Shown one piece after another: positions 20,755 to 30,815 of a stretch of 64,000 bases of DNA. Positions within the stretch are counted from its first letter, which is position 1. Every line of letters begins with the position of its first letter. The notes under the pieces were generated by a model. That model did no database searches. It was given only the letters and a program-made list of their open reading frames with translations, and was not told where the DNA came from. The position numbers and the translations under genes are program-made. Origin of the DNA: Pseudomonadales bacterium (GTDB taxonomy: Bacteria; Pseudomonadota; Gammaproteobacteria; Pseudomonadales; Azotimanducaceae); assembly GCA_016779325.1 (NCBI GenBank), contig JADHNU010000003.1, positions 14,874-78,873 on the forward strand, written 5' to 3'.

Positions 20755-21330
20755 ATGAAAACCCTGCTGGACTTCGGACCCATCGCGGCTTTTTTCATCG
20801 CCTTTCAGTTCAGCGACCTCATTACGGCCACCTGGGTGCTCATGGGCGCCCAGGTCCTTGCGGCGGTGCTGTGTCAGCTCTTCCTCGGGCGCATCGACGG
20901 CCAAATGCAGGCGCAAAGCGGTGTCGTGTTCGTCCTCGGAGGCCTCACGGTTTACCTTCAGAACGCCACCTTCATCATGTGGAAGCCAACGCTCGTGAAT
21001 GGCGCCTTCGCCCTTATCCTCGTGGGGGGCAACCTCTACGGCAGAAAGACCATGCTGTCGCGCCTCCTGGGTCGTCAGCTCCCTCTGCCCGAGGCCGTCT
21101 GGCGTACCCTAAGCTGGGGCTGGGCGGTGGCCTTCACCTTGTCGGCGGTGCTGAACCTTGTGGTGGCCTACAACTTCAGTGAAGCCATTTGGGTCAGCTA
21201 TAAGCTGTTCGGGGGGCTTGGGCTGACCGTCCTCTACACGGCGGTTATGCTGGTCTATCTGGGCAGGACCGGCCACCTAAAGGCGCTTTCAGAGGCTGAA
21301 AGCCAAAAAGATCAGGAGCCCAAGTCGTGA
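20755..21330 (+). CDS. yciB: Intracellular septation protein A
   Basis: True start MKTLLDFGPIAAFFIAFQF (ATG 20755); a 5-TM protein of about 190 aa, divergent from yciO. Confidence 0.85.
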   Translation: MKTLLDFGPIAAFFIAFQFSDLITATWVLMGAQVLAAVLCQLFLGRIDGQMQAQSGVVFVLGGLTVYLQNATFIMWKPTLVNGAFALILVGGNLYGRKTMLSRLLGRQLPLPEAVWRTLSWGWAVAFTLSAVLNLVVAYNFSEAIWVSYKLFGGLGLTVLYTAVMLVYLGRTGHLKALSEAESQKDQEPKS

Positions 21331-22109
21331 TCGCCCTATCGGTCAATCTCAACAAAATCGCCCTGCTGAGGAACGCACGCGGGCAAGACGCGCGGCCGGC
21401 CCTGCTCGACTTTGCTCGCTTGGCCATGCAGGCGGGCGCGGCGGGGCTCACGGTCCATCCGCGCCCCGATCAGCGCCACATTCGCGTAGCCGATGTCCCA
21501 GCTCTGGCGGCCTGGCTCCGAACGCACTATCCAACGGCGGAGTTCAACATTGAGGGAAACCCCCTCGCTGCCCCCCGGGCCGATGGCTACCCCGGGCTGG
21601 AGGCGCTGGTGGAGGAAAGCCGCCCCGCCCAGGTCACCCTTGTGCCCGATGGTGATGGCCAACTGACCTCCGATCACGGCTGGGCCATGACTGACGAAGA
21701 TATCGCCACCCTGAGCCCCCTTGTTGCGCGCTTTAAAAAGCTAGGCGCCCGGGTGAGCGTCTTCATGGATCCGAATCCGGAGGCCATCTCCCGCGTCCCG
21801 GAAACCGGCGCCGATCGCATCGAGCTCTACACCGAACCCTTTGCGGAGGCCTTCAACGCCGATGGCCGCCGCCTTGGGCCGGCCACGAAAGAGAGCCTCG
21901 CCCTATTTCGTGCTGCAGGGGAAAGCGCGCAGGCCCTCGGCCTTGGCGTCAACGCCGGTCATGACCTCGACCTCGACAACCTCGTGGCCCTGCGCACCTT
22001 ACCCAACCTCCTCGAAGTCTCCATTGGCCACGCCCTCATCGCCGACGCCCTCGAATTGGGGTTCTACGGCGCCGTCGCCCGCTACCGGGCAACCCTCGAA
22101 GCCGCCTAA
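21327..22109 (+). CDS. pdxJ: Pyridoxine 5'-phosphate synthase
   Basis: LSVNLNKIALLRNARG, LTVHPRPDQRHI, and later the SIGHALIADAL family signature. GTG start overlaps the yciB stop. Confidence 0.9.
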   Translation: MIALSVNLNKIALLRNARGQDARPALLDFARLAMQAGAAGLTVHPRPDQRHIRVADVPALAAWLRTHYPTAEFNIEGNPLAAPRADGYPGLEALVEESRPAQVTLVPDGDGQLTSDHGWAMTDEDIATLSPLVARFKKLGARVSVFMDPNPEAISRVPETGADRIELYTEPFAEAFNADGRRLGPATKESLALFRAAGESAQALGLGVNAGHDLDLDNLVALRTLPNLLEVSIGHALIADALELGFYGAVARYRATLEAA

Positions 22110-22227
22110 CGCCCGGGCCCCCTCCCGGGGCCGCCACCTTTCGCAAGTTGCCCTTCCAACAGGCCTTCGGTTCTGTGTTAATGTCAGTCATTGAGCACGA
22201 CAGCACTAACTACTTGGGAGAGGGGCG

Positions 22228-23580
22228 ATGGCACATCAGGCAGATGATCTAGAACAATTTATGGAAGGGGTACGGCGCCGGAACCCCGGCGAGCCGGAAT
22301 TCCACCAAGCCGTCCACGAAGTGGCGATGGATATCATTCCCTACATCGCCGATAAGCAAATCTACAAAGACCTCATGATTCTGGAACGGATGACGGAGCC
22401 GGACCGCATCGTCACCTTCCGCGTGGTGTGGGAAGACGACAAGGGCAACATTCGCGTCAATCGCGGCTTCCGTGTTCAGCAAAACAATGCCATTGGACCG
22501 TACAAGGGAGGCATCCGCTTCCATCCCACGGTGACCCAAAGCGTTCTGAAGTTCCTCGCCTTTGAACAGGTCTTCAAGAACAGCTTGACGGGCCTACCCA
22601 TGGGCGGCGGCAAGGGCGGCTCGGATTTCAATCCGAAGGGCAAATCCGATACGGAAGTGATGCGCTTCTGCCAAGCCTTCATGACCGAACTGTCCCGGCA
22701 TATCGGGCCGGACACGGACGTGCCCGCGGGCGACATCGGCGTGGGGGCCCGGGAAGTGGGGTATATGTTCGGCCAATACAAACGCCTCATGAATCGTTTT
22801 GAGGGCGTCCTAACGGGCAAGGCCCTCGAATTCGGCGGCTCTCGCATCCGCACGGAAGCGACGGGCTATGGCGTGGTCTACATGATGGACAACATGCTGC
22901 GCCACCACGGTGAGAGCATCGAAGGTCGGACCTGCGTTGTTTCGGGCTCTGGGAACGTGGCCACCTACTGCGCCGAGAAGCTGATCGAACTTGGGGGCAA
23001 GGTGGTCACCCTGTCCGACTCTGGCGGCTTTATCCATGACCCGGACGGCTTCACGCAGGAAAAGCTGCAGTGGATCATGGATCTTAAAAACAACCGGCGC
23101 GGCCGCATCGAAGAATACGTGGGCGAATTTGGCGGCACCTTCCATGCGGGGCAACGCCCTTGGAACGTGCCCTGCGACCTCGCCTTCCCCTGCGCGACGC
23201 AGAACGAGATCGAAGTCGCGGACGCCGAGGCCCTCATCAAGAATGGGTGCCGCGCCATTTCCGAGGGGGCCAACATGCCCAGCACCCCGGAGGCGATTCA
23301 CGCCATTCAGGCCCATCGCGAACTGCTCCATGCGCCCTCCAAAGCGGCGAACGCCGGAGGCGTCGGCGTCTCGGGCTTGGAAATGAGTCAGAACAGCCTC
23401 CGGCTTCAGTGGAGCCGGGAAGAGGTCGACGAGCGGCTCAAGGGCATCATCGGAGGCATTCACGAGCAAATGGTGACCTATGGCACTGCCGCCGATGGCC
23501 ACGTGGACTACTTCAAGGGTGCTAATATCGCCGGCTTCAACAAAGTCGCCAGCGCCATGATTGCCTACGGCGTAATGTAA
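22228..23580 (+). CDS. gdhA: NADP-specific glutamate dehydrogenase
   Basis: 450 aa with GPYKGGIRFHP and LPMGGGKGGSDF (catalytic Lys) plus the dinucleotide fold VSGSGNVA. Confidence 0.96.
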   Translation: MAHQADDLEQFMEGVRRRNPGEPEFHQAVHEVAMDIIPYIADKQIYKDLMILERMTEPDRIVTFRVVWEDDKGNIRVNRGFRVQQNNAIGPYKGGIRFHPTVTQSVLKFLAFEQVFKNSLTGLPMGGGKGGSDFNPKGKSDTEVMRFCQAFMTELSRHIGPDTDVPAGDIGVGAREVGYMFGQYKRLMNRFEGVLTGKALEFGGSRIRTEATGYGVVYMMDNMLRHHGESIEGRTCVVSGSGNVATYCAEKLIELGGKVVTLSDSGGFIHDPDGFTQEKLQWIMDLKNNRRGRIEEYVGEFGGTFHAGQRPWNVPCDLAFPCATQNEIEVADAEALIKNGCRAISEGANMPSTPEAIHAIQAHRELLHAPSKAANAGGVGVSGLEMSQNSLRLQWSREEVDERLKGIIGGIHEQMVTYGTAADGHVDYFKGANIAGFNKVASAMIAYGVM

Positions 23581-23600
23581 TCGCTTAAGCGCGACCCGAG

Positions 23601-23634
23601 CGGGTCAGCGCCTCGGCGCTGGCCCGTTTTTTTT
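23601..23634 (+). terminator. Rho-independent terminator of gdhA
   Basis: 11-bp stem CGGGTCAGCGC/GCGCTGGCCCG (one G-U pair), loop CTCG, followed by T8. Confidence 0.85.
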
Positions 23635-23646
23635 GGATTCTGCCCC

Positions 23647-24273
23647 ATGCCCGAATTGGTCAGCCTGGTGCTCATCGTGCTCTTGGCCATGCTCAGCCCC
23701 GGGCCCGACATGGTGCTCCTCACCCGCTTTTCCCTGGGGCCCCGGCCTCGGCAGGCCGATCTTTGCGTACTGGGCATCGTTCTCGGCATTGCGGCCCATA
23801 GTCTTTTTGCCCTGACGGGGCTCGCCGCTCTCGCCACCCTGCACCCTCAGGCCCTCGCTCTTATGACGACCCTGGGCGCGCTGTGGTTGAGCTACCTGGC
23901 CTACCACGCTTTGCAAAGTCACGGTGCCTTGCGCCTCAGCGGCATGGCAGACCCCAAACCCGGGCTCACCCTCGCGTTCTTGGCAGGACTACTGAGCAAC
24001 CTCCTGAACGCAAAGGTCCTTCTCATGATGGTGGCGCTGTTTACGGAACTGCTACCCCCAACGGCGCCTCTCGGCCAGCGCCTCCTTGGCGTTGCGCTGC
24101 TCGCCGTTGAAGTCACGGTGGTTTGGCTCACCTTCGTCCGCCTCATTCGTCGCCCCGTGCTACGCGCCCTCATCGAGCGCTACGGCCTCTGGATCGATCG
24201 CGCCTTCGGCGCCCTCTTGCTCGTCCTCGCCGTGCTGTTCATGCTCAGCGCCCTGCCCGTTTTGCTCGCCTAA
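23647..24273 (+). CDS. LysE/RhtB-family amino-acid exporter
   Basis: 208-aa, roughly 6-TM protein with N-terminal LSPGPDMVLL, characteristic of the LysE superfamily. Confidence 0.8.
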   Translation: MPELVSLVLIVLLAMLSPGPDMVLLTRFSLGPRPRQADLCVLGIVLGIAAHSLFALTGLAALATLHPQALALMTTLGALWLSYLAYHALQSHGALRLSGMADPKPGLTLAFLAGLLSNLLNAKVLLMMVALFTELLPPTAPLGQRLLGVALLAVEVTVVWLTFVRLIRRPVLRALIERYGLWIDRAFGALLLVLAVLFMLSALPVLLA

Positions 24274-24290
24274 GCTTTTGGAGACACCCC

Positions 24291-24884
24291 ATGCGTGTGC
24301 TGATCCCCTTGCTGCTTGTCTTCCTGGCCCTCCCCCAGGCCCGAGCCGAAGCCACCCCGGAGGCAAGCCCGGCGGCCTGCATTCAGACCAACTACGGCCG
24401 CTTTACGGTGACCACCTGGCCCGAGCGCGCGCCCGCGTCGAGCGAGAATTTCCTGAGCTATATCGATCACGGCTTTTACGAGGGGCTGATCTTTCATCGC
24501 GTCATCCCCTACTTCATGGTCCAAACCGGAGGCTTCGACGCCCAGCTGAACTATCGCGATCCCTTTGGGCCGGTGCGCAATGAGTCCGTTGGCGGGGCAA
24601 AAAATCTCCGCGGCACCGTCGCCATGGCCCGGCAGCGGGACCCGGACAGCGCCGACTCCCAATTCTTCATTAATCTCGTTGATAACGCCCATCTTGATGC
24701 GGAAGGGGATCGGCCCGGCTATACGGTCTTCGGCGAGGTCACCGACGGCATGATGGTCATCGACCGCATTGGCGAAGTGGAGACCATGGTGCGCGACGGC
24801 ATGCGGGACGTACCGCGCATGCCCGTCACCATTGAACGCACCCGCCGCGGCCCCTGCCCCCAGCGGAGCGCCCCCGCAGGCTGA
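24291..24884 (+). CDS. ppiA: Periplasmic peptidyl-prolyl cis-trans isomerase (cyclophilin type)
   Basis: True start MRVLIPLLLVFLALPQARA (signal peptide, ATG 24291); FHRVIPYFMVQTGG and SADSQFFINL cyclophilin motifs. Confidence 0.92.
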   Translation: MRVLIPLLLVFLALPQARAEATPEASPAACIQTNYGRFTVTTWPERAPASSENFLSYIDHGFYEGLIFHRVIPYFMVQTGGFDAQLNYRDPFGPVRNESVGGAKNLRGTVAMARQRDPDSADSQFFINLVDNAHLDAEGDRPGYTVFGEVTDGMMVIDRIGEVETMVRDGMRDVPRMPVTIERTRRGPCPQRSAPAG

Positions 24885-24966
24885 AGGCGCGAGGTAAAGC
24901 TGACGGGGGGCGCCCGCGCCGCTATCATGCGCGCCCTGCCCCCCGCTAACGAAAAAGGGACTGCCC

Positions 24967-26706
24967 GTGCTCAAGGAACTGCTCGAAGCGCGTCTTGCCC
25001 CCGCGCTTAAGGCCGCCGGCGCCCCCGAGGGCAGCCCCGTCGCCCTCACGGTCAGCACCAAGGCAGAATTCGGCGACTACCAGATGAATGGGGCCATGGG
25101 CGCTGCGAAACGCCTGAAGCGTCCCCCCCGGGAGCTGGCCGAAGCGGTCCTCGCCGCGGCCGACCTTAACGATCTCGTAAGCGAAGCCAGCATTGCCGGG
25201 CCGGGGTTTATCAATCTCCGCCTTCGGGAAACGGTACTCGAAGCCGAGCTTGAGGCCTTTGAAACCGACGTGCTCGCCCCGAGCGCGGCGGCCGCCGACG
25301 CCCATCGGGTGGTCATCGATTACTCCTCGCCAAATCTGGCGAAGGAGATGCACGTCGGACATCTGCGCAGCACCATCATTGGCGACGCTCTCGCCCGTTG
25401 CTTCGCCCATGGCGGGTGGACCGTACTTCGGCAAAACCACGTTGGCGATTGGGGCACGCAGTTTGGGATGCTCTTGGCTTTCCTCAACAGCCTCGAGGCC
25501 GACGAAGGTGACCGGGCAGCGGAGGCCGAGCTTGCGGACCTTGAACAGTTTTACCGCCGCGCCAAAGCCCGCTTCGACGAAGATCCTGCCTTCGCGGCCC
25601 TAAGCCGGGAAACGGTGGTGAAACTCCAACAGGGGGACCCTGCGTGCCGGGAAGCCTGGCAACGCTTCATCGACGTCAGCCTGTCCCATTGCGAAGCCCT
25701 TTATCGGCGCCTCCAGGTCACGCTCACGCGGGAGCACGTACACGCCGAGAGTGCCTATAACGATGCGCTCCCCGGCGTAATTGAGGCGCTACGAGACCAG
25801 GGGCTCCTCACCCAAAGCGACGGCGCTCAGTGCGTCTTCCTCGACGAGTTTACGGGCAAGGACGACGCCCCCTTGCCCCTCATCGTCCAAAAATCCGATG
25901 GCGGCTACCTCTACGCCACCACCGATTTAGCGGCGGTGCGCTATCGCTGCACGACGCTCAAGGCCGACCGGGCCCTCTATCTCGTTGATAAGCGTCAGGG
26001 ACTGCACTTCAAACAGGTGTTTGCCGTGGCCGCGGCAGCAGGGTTTATCACCGGTCCCTGCAGTTTCGAACACATGCCCTTTGGCACCATGCTCGGCGAG
26101 GATGGGCGCCCTTTCCGCACCCGCGCTGGGGACGTGATTAAGCTTGCAGACCTGCTCGACGAAGCCGAGCGCCGGGCGGCGGCCCTGGTCGCAGAAAAGA
26201 ACCCTGCGCTGGGGGCCGAGGCGCGCACGGAAATCGCCAAGGCGGTGGCCCTGGGCGCCGTAAAGTATGCCGACCTGTCCAAGCACCGGAGCAACGACTA
26301 CGTCTTTTCCTGGGACACCATGCTCAGCTTTGACGGCAACACGGCACCCTACCTTCAGTACGCCTATAGCCGCATTCAAAGCCTCTTTAGCAAGGCCGGC
26401 CTCGCCCCCGAGAGCCTGAAGGCTTCCGTTAAGCTTGAGGCGCCCCAGGAACGCGCCTTAGCCCTCGTGCTTTTGCGCACGGAAGAGGTGCTGCAGCAGG
26501 TGCGTGACCAGGGCTTACCCCACCTCCTGTGCACCCACCTTTACGACGTGGCCACCGCCTTTACGGCGTTCTATGAGCACTGCCCCGTGCTCAGCGCCTC
26601 GGACGCAGACACTCAAGGGAGTCGGCTCGCCCTCGCCCGTCGCTGCGGCGCCACCCTTCGCCAGGGCCTGGAACTGCTCGGCATCCCCGTGGTGCAGCGG
26701 ATGTAG
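24967..26706 (+). CDS. argS: Arginine--tRNA ligase
   Basis: 579 aa with SSPNLAKEMHVGHLRS (HIGH) and the C-terminal DALR anticodon-binding domain; GTG start. Confidence 0.96.
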   Translation: MLKELLEARLAPALKAAGAPEGSPVALTVSTKAEFGDYQMNGAMGAAKRLKRPPRELAEAVLAAADLNDLVSEASIAGPGFINLRLRETVLEAELEAFETDVLAPSAAAADAHRVVIDYSSPNLAKEMHVGHLRSTIIGDALARCFAHGGWTVLRQNHVGDWGTQFGMLLAFLNSLEADEGDRAAEAELADLEQFYRRAKARFDEDPAFAALSRETVVKLQQGDPACREAWQRFIDVSLSHCEALYRRLQVTLTREHVHAESAYNDALPGVIEALRDQGLLTQSDGAQCVFLDEFTGKDDAPLPLIVQKSDGGYLYATTDLAAVRYRCTTLKADRALYLVDKRQGLHFKQVFAVAAAAGFITGPCSFEHMPFGTMLGEDGRPFRTRAGDVIKLADLLDEAERRAAALVAEKNPALGAEARTEIAKAVALGAVKYADLSKHRSNDYVFSWDTMLSFDGNTAPYLQYAYSRIQSLFSKAGLAPESLKASVKLEAPQERALALVLLRTEEVLQQVRDQGLPHLLCTHLYDVATAFTAFYEHCPVLSASDADTQGSRLALARRCGATLRQGLELLGIPVVQRM

Positions 26707-26733
26707 CCAGCCTAAGGGCCCCATCGTCGGCAC

Positions 26734-26771
26734 AAAAAAAGCGCGCAACCCGCAAGGGCTGCGCGCTTTTT
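26734..26771. terminator. Bidirectional Rho-independent terminator between convergent argS and the desaturase gene
   Basis: aaaaaaa-GCGCGCAACCC-gcaa-GGGCTGCGCGC-ttttt: 10 of 11 bp paired, with an A-tract and a T-tract on either side. Confidence 0.85.
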
Positions 26772-26782
26772 CGTTCTGCCGG

Positions 26783-27940
26783 CTAGGCCGCGGCGCGGGG
26801 CAGGGCGTAGGACTTAAACTCGTCGGCGAACTCCCGAAGCGCAGCGATTCCGGAGGCTTCAGCGCGGGCCACCCAGTCCCTAAGCGCGTCGAGCATGGCT
26901 TCCTTGGACTCACCGCGACGCGCCCAAACCTGCTGCAGGGACAAGCGCATCTCATACACCGTTTTCAGGGTCGGGTACTGGGCAAGCAGGCCCTCCAGGC
27001 GCGCCTGCTCCTCCGTGGAAACGAGGGAGCTTTCCCGAACCATAAGGGTCCGCAGGGATTTTTCCGCCGCGTTCGCTTCCTGAGCAATGATGGGACGGAC
27101 CACCTCCTTCGCAAAGCGCTCCATCACCCGGAAGCGGTCGTGTACTAGGGCCCGCGCCGCGTCGAAGTCGAGGACGGCCTTAGCCGAATCCCGAAGGGTG
27201 TGAGGACCGGTGCTCCGAGGCTTCGCCATACCGAACAGCTGGAACAGGCGAATCCAAAACCAACCGATGTCGAATTCATACCACTTCTGCGACAGCTTGG
27301 CCGAGTTCGGGTAGGTGTGATGGTTGTTGTGGAGCTCCTCTCCACCAATGAGGATGCCCCAGGGCACGATGTTCCGAGCCGCATCGCCACACTCGTAGTT
27401 TCGATAGCCGTAGTAGTGGCCAACGCCATTAATCACCCCTGCGGCGAGCACGGGGATCCAGAGCATCTGCACCGCCCAAATGGTGATGCCGTAAACGCCA
27501 AAGAGCAGCAGATCGGCAAACAGCATCAGCACAATGCCATAGGTGTTATGCCGATAAACGTTGCGCTCGATCCAATCGTCGGGGCAACCGCGCCCATAGC
27601 GCTCGACGGTCTCCGGCGTCTTGCCATACTTGTACAGCTCAGCGCCTTCCAGGAGCACTTTCTTCAGCCCCAAAATTTGCGGACTGTGGGGGTCCTCCGG
27701 GGTTTCACACATCGCGTGGTGCTTGCGGTGAATGGCGGTCCACTCCCGCGTACCCATGCCCGTGGTCAGCCAGAGCCAGAACCGAAAAAAGTGCTGGAGC
27801 ACGGGACTGAGCTCTAGCGCGCGATGCGCCGAGTAACGGTGCAAATACACGGTCACGGATACAATGGTGATGTGGGTCAGCACCAAAGTGGCCAGGACCA
27901 TCTCCCAGATACTGAAGTGCAAAAGGCCGTCGATCCCCAT
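26783..27940 (-). CDS. Membrane fatty-acid (acyl-CoA/acyl-lipid delta-9-type) desaturase
   Basis: 385 aa. Three histidine boxes (HRYSAH, HRKHH, HNNHH) in an N-terminal TM domain, and a long soluble C-terminal extension. Confidence 0.88.
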   Translation of the reverse strand: MGIDGLLHFSIWEMVLATLVLTHITIVSVTVYLHRYSAHRALELSPVLQHFFRFWLWLTTGMGTREWTAIHRKHHAMCETPEDPHSPQILGLKKVLLEGAELYKYGKTPETVERYGRGCPDDWIERNVYRHNTYGIVLMLFADLLLFGVYGITIWAVQMLWIPVLAAGVINGVGHYYGYRNYECGDAARNIVPWGILIGGEELHNNHHTYPNSAKLSQKWYEFDIGWFWIRLFQLFGMAKPRSTGPHTLRDSAKAVLDFDAARALVHDRFRVMERFAKEVVRPIIAQEANAAEKSLRTLMVRESSLVSTEEQARLEGLLAQYPTLKTVYEMRLSLQQVWARRGESKEAMLDALRDWVARAEASGIAALREFADEFKSYALPRAAA

Positions 27941-28082
27941 AAATTGCTATGCTCCCGCTGTATGAAACTTCACCCCGCCATTCTGGCACCGCAAGGCCGG
28001 GGACGCTAGTACCCCGCAGGCCTGGCTTGCCGCTCCCGCAGGGGGAGGCCATCCTACGCGCCCTCGACGCCGCTAGAGGCCC

Positions 28083-28949
28083 ATGCCCATGCTGACGCTC
28101 CACGCCCCCCTGATCGCCGCGACCCCTGCCCGAGCGAAGGCGCCGACGCTGCGCTTCGTGGATTGCCGCTTTCGCCTGGACGACCCCCTCGCGGGGCGGG
28201 CCGCCTACCAGGCGGCCCGTCTACCGAATGCAGCCTTTCTCGACCTGGAAGACGACCTATCGGGGCCCATCGACCTTGCCAAAACGGGCCGCCATCCCCT
28301 TCCCACCAAGGCAGCCCTACGGGAAGCCTTCGCCCGGGCAAGTCTCAACCAGCAATCGCACCTGGTTTTCTACGACGACGCCGGCGGCGCCTTTGCGGCC
28401 CGCGCCTGGTGGAGTGCGGCCTACCTTGGACACACCGCAGCGCAGGTCCTCGACGGTGGGCTTGAAGCGTGGCTTCGCGCCGATGGTGAGCTGAACCAAA
28501 TGCCTGCCCCCGTCCCCACCCCCGCCCCGATGTGGACCGAACAGCCCGCCCTCGCGCCCACGGCGTCGCTTGAAGCGGTTATCACTCGCGTGGCGAGCGG
28601 GGGCCAGGGCTTAGTGGATGCGCGGGCCCTGCCCCGCTTTCGCGGCGAGATCGAACCCATCGACCCGGTGGCGGGCCATATCCCCGGCGCCCTCTGCATG
28701 CCCCATAGCGGAAACCTAGCGGACACGGGCTGCTTTAAGGACACCGAAACCCTACGCGAACGCTGGGCACCGCTTTTCGCTGCGGGCCCCGCCCCCATCG
28801 CCTACTGCGGCTCCGGCGTTACGGCTGCGCACAACCTGCTGGCCATGGCCGCGGCGGGGCTGTGCCAGGACGCCCTGCCCGCGCTCTATGTGGGTTCCTT
28901 TAGCGAGTGGATCCGCGATCCGGCCCGCCCGGTGGCGCGCGACGCTTAG
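28083..28949 (+). CDS. sseA: Tandem-rhodanese sulfurtransferase, 3-mercaptopyruvate sulfurtransferase type
   Basis: 288 aa with two rhodanese halves and active-site loop YCGSGVTAAH (CG[ST]GVT is the MST-type loop, versus CRKGVT in thiosulfate sulfurtransferases). Confidence 0.85.
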   Translation: MPMLTLHAPLIAATPARAKAPTLRFVDCRFRLDDPLAGRAAYQAARLPNAAFLDLEDDLSGPIDLAKTGRHPLPTKAALREAFARASLNQQSHLVFYDDAGGAFAARAWWSAAYLGHTAAQVLDGGLEAWLRADGELNQMPAPVPTPAPMWTEQPALAPTASLEAVITRVASGGQGLVDARALPRFRGEIEPIDPVAGHIPGALCMPHSGNLADTGCFKDTETLRERWAPLFAAGPAPIAYCGSGVTAAHNLLAMAAAGLCQDALPALYVGSFSEWIRDPARPVARDA

Positions 28950-30815
28950 ATGACGCAGCACCCGCGGGCGCTCGCCCCAGCAAAGCTAACCTGGGCCGAC
29001 GGCATTCCCCAGGACACGGTGACGGGGGATATCTACTTCAACCGCCAGGATCCGGTACGCGAAAGCCAGGCGGTCTTCCTCCAGGGGAACGACCTCCCCG
29101 CACGCCTCGGCGACCACGAAAGGCCCGTCCACCGGGTCGGAGAAACGGGCTTTGGCACGGGCTTAAATTTCCTGCTGCTTTGGGACGCCTGGCTGAGGCT
29201 GGGCGCGCCTCGCCCCCTCACCTACATCAGCTTCGAGCAGGCCCCGCTGGCGCCCCCCGATCGCCAGCGTTTTCGCGAAGGGCTCCGCAAGCGGGGCGCC
29301 GAGCGCCTCCTCGCCCTCGCGAAAACGCTGGAGGGCGCGCTGCCAGAGCCCCTTGAAGGGTGGCACTTTATTTCCTTGGAGGGGGGCCGGCTGCGCCTGC
29401 ACCTCTATCTTGGCGCTGCGCTGCAGGGCCTCGACGACTGGCTGGGCCAGCGGGACGCCCCTGCCGTCGATGCCTGGTTTCTTGATGGCTTCGCCCCCAA
29501 GGTGGGCCCCGAACTCTGGCACCCTCCTCTCCTCAGGCAACTTGCGGCGGCGAGCGCACCCCGGGCGACCCTGGGCACCTTCACCGTCGCCCGAGCCGTG
29601 CGCGATGCCCTTGGCGCCAGCGGCTTTGTCTGCAGGAGGGTGCCGGGGCCCAAGGTGGCGGGTGACGGCCCGCGGAAGCGAGAGGTGCTCACCGCGTCCC
29701 TCGCGCCGGGCCTGGGCCGGGCGGCAAGGGCTGCTCCGGAAAGGGCGGTGATCCTTGGGGCGGGCTTGGCGGGCACGGCCGCCGCCCTCGCCCTGGCAGA
29801 GCAGGGCATCCACAGCGATGTTTTCGAAGCCGGGCCAAGGCCCGGCGGAGGCGCTTCCGCAAACCCCTGGGCGCTGCTGCATCCGCGCTTGCCCGTCGAC
29901 GAGGGGCCTCGCGGCCCCTTCCTCTGGCAAGCCTATCGCTTGGCCCTGCAACGCGTGCAGGGGCAAGCGGGCTTCTTTCCACGCCCCCTTCGCCAATACA
30001 GGGAAAAACGCCGGCCGGACCGCCTCGTCAAAGCCAGCACCTACTACCACATGCTGGCCCCCCGCCTCCGCCTGTTAGAAGAAGGGAACGGAGCAGGACC
30101 CTTCCTCGAGCTTAGGGAAAGCGGCTACGCCAACCTTCCCCAGCTCCTGGGCGCCCTCTGGCCAGGGCGTGCGCAGGGTCACTTCCACACGCCAGTGACA
30201 GCCCTCGAGGGGTTGGCGGGGGGCTGGCGCCTCCGAGGCTCGGCGGGGGAGGAATTGCTAAAGGGGACGGAAGCCCTGCCCGTCATTCTCGCCGCGGGGG
30301 CGGCCCTCAAGGCCCTGGCCCCCGTCACCACGGGCCAGGTGGGTGGACAACTCGACCGCTTCGCTGGGCCCGCCCTGACCGGGGCCCCCCTTTTGTCCGG
30401 GCGAGGTCATGGCTTCCACGACGGGGCAGGTTGGGTCGTGGGCTCTACCTATCGCCATGCGCCCCCCTGGGCGACGACGACGGCGGCAGATCGGAACGCC
30501 AATCAGGCGCGCCTCGCGGCCTGGCACGCCCTTCTCGGCTGGCCCGAAGCCGGCGGCGCGCACCAACAGAGCTTCGCTGGGCTGCGCGCTAACAGCCCAG
30601 ACCGGGCACCCCACGTGGGGGCGCTCGCTTCAGGCTTCCTCGTTTCCACGGGCCATGCCTCCTCGGGCCTCACCACGGCCTTTCTCGCCGGAGAAATCTT
30701 GGCCAGCGCCATCGCCGGGGCCCCTCCCGTGGCCGATCTCGGCGTCCTCGCGCACCTCGATCCGCAGCGCTTCGCAACGACCCCCGCTCAGCCTACGTCC
30801 TCACCAAAATGGTAG
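28950..30815 (+). CDS. mnmC: Bifunctional tRNA mnm5s2U34 biosynthesis protein MnmC (methyltransferase + FAD oxidoreductase)
   Basis: 621 aa. The N-terminal DUF752/MnmC methyltransferase region has ETGFGTGLNF and AWFLDGFAP. The C-terminal DAO domain has VILGAGLAGTAAA. The ATG directly abuts the sseA stop (TAGATG). Confidence 0.9.
   Translation: MTQHPRALAPAKLTWADGIPQDTVTGDIYFNRQDPVRESQAVFLQGNDLPARLGDHERPVHRVGETGFGTGLNFLLLWDAWLRLGAPRPLTYISFEQAPLAPPDRQRFREGLRKRGAERLLALAKTLEGALPEPLEGWHFISLEGGRLRLHLYLGAALQGLDDWLGQRDAPAVDAWFLDGFAPKVGPELWHPPLLRQLAAASAPRATLGTFTVARAVRDALGASGFVCRRVPGPKVAGDGPRKREVLTASLAPGLGRAARAAPERAVILGAGLAGTAAALALAEQGIHSDVFEAGPRPGGGASANPWALLHPRLPVDEGPRGPFLWQAYRLALQRVQGQAGFFPRPLRQYREKRRPDRLVKASTYYHMLAPRLRLLEEGNGAGPFLELRESGYANLPQLLGALWPGRAQGHFHTPVTALEGLAGGWRLRGSAGEELLKGTEALPVILAAGAALKALAPVTTGQVGGQLDRFAGPALTGAPLLSGRGHGFHDGAGWVVGSTYRHAPPWATTTAADRNANQARLAAWHALLGWPEAGGAHQQSFAGLRANSPDRAPHVGALASGFLVSTGHASSGLTTAFLAGEILASAIAGAPPVADLGVLAHLDPQRFATTPAQPTSSPKW

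Noticed and set aside
30788-30815. 28-bp overlap of the convergent 3' ends of mnmC and serA. Smaller 4-bp convergent overlaps also occur at 32698-32701, 38633-38636 and 56582-56585.
   Set aside because: Both reading frames extend with plausible C-termini and no terminator fits between them. Such overlaps are common in compact GC-rich genomes. Noted, but not considered a distinct feature.
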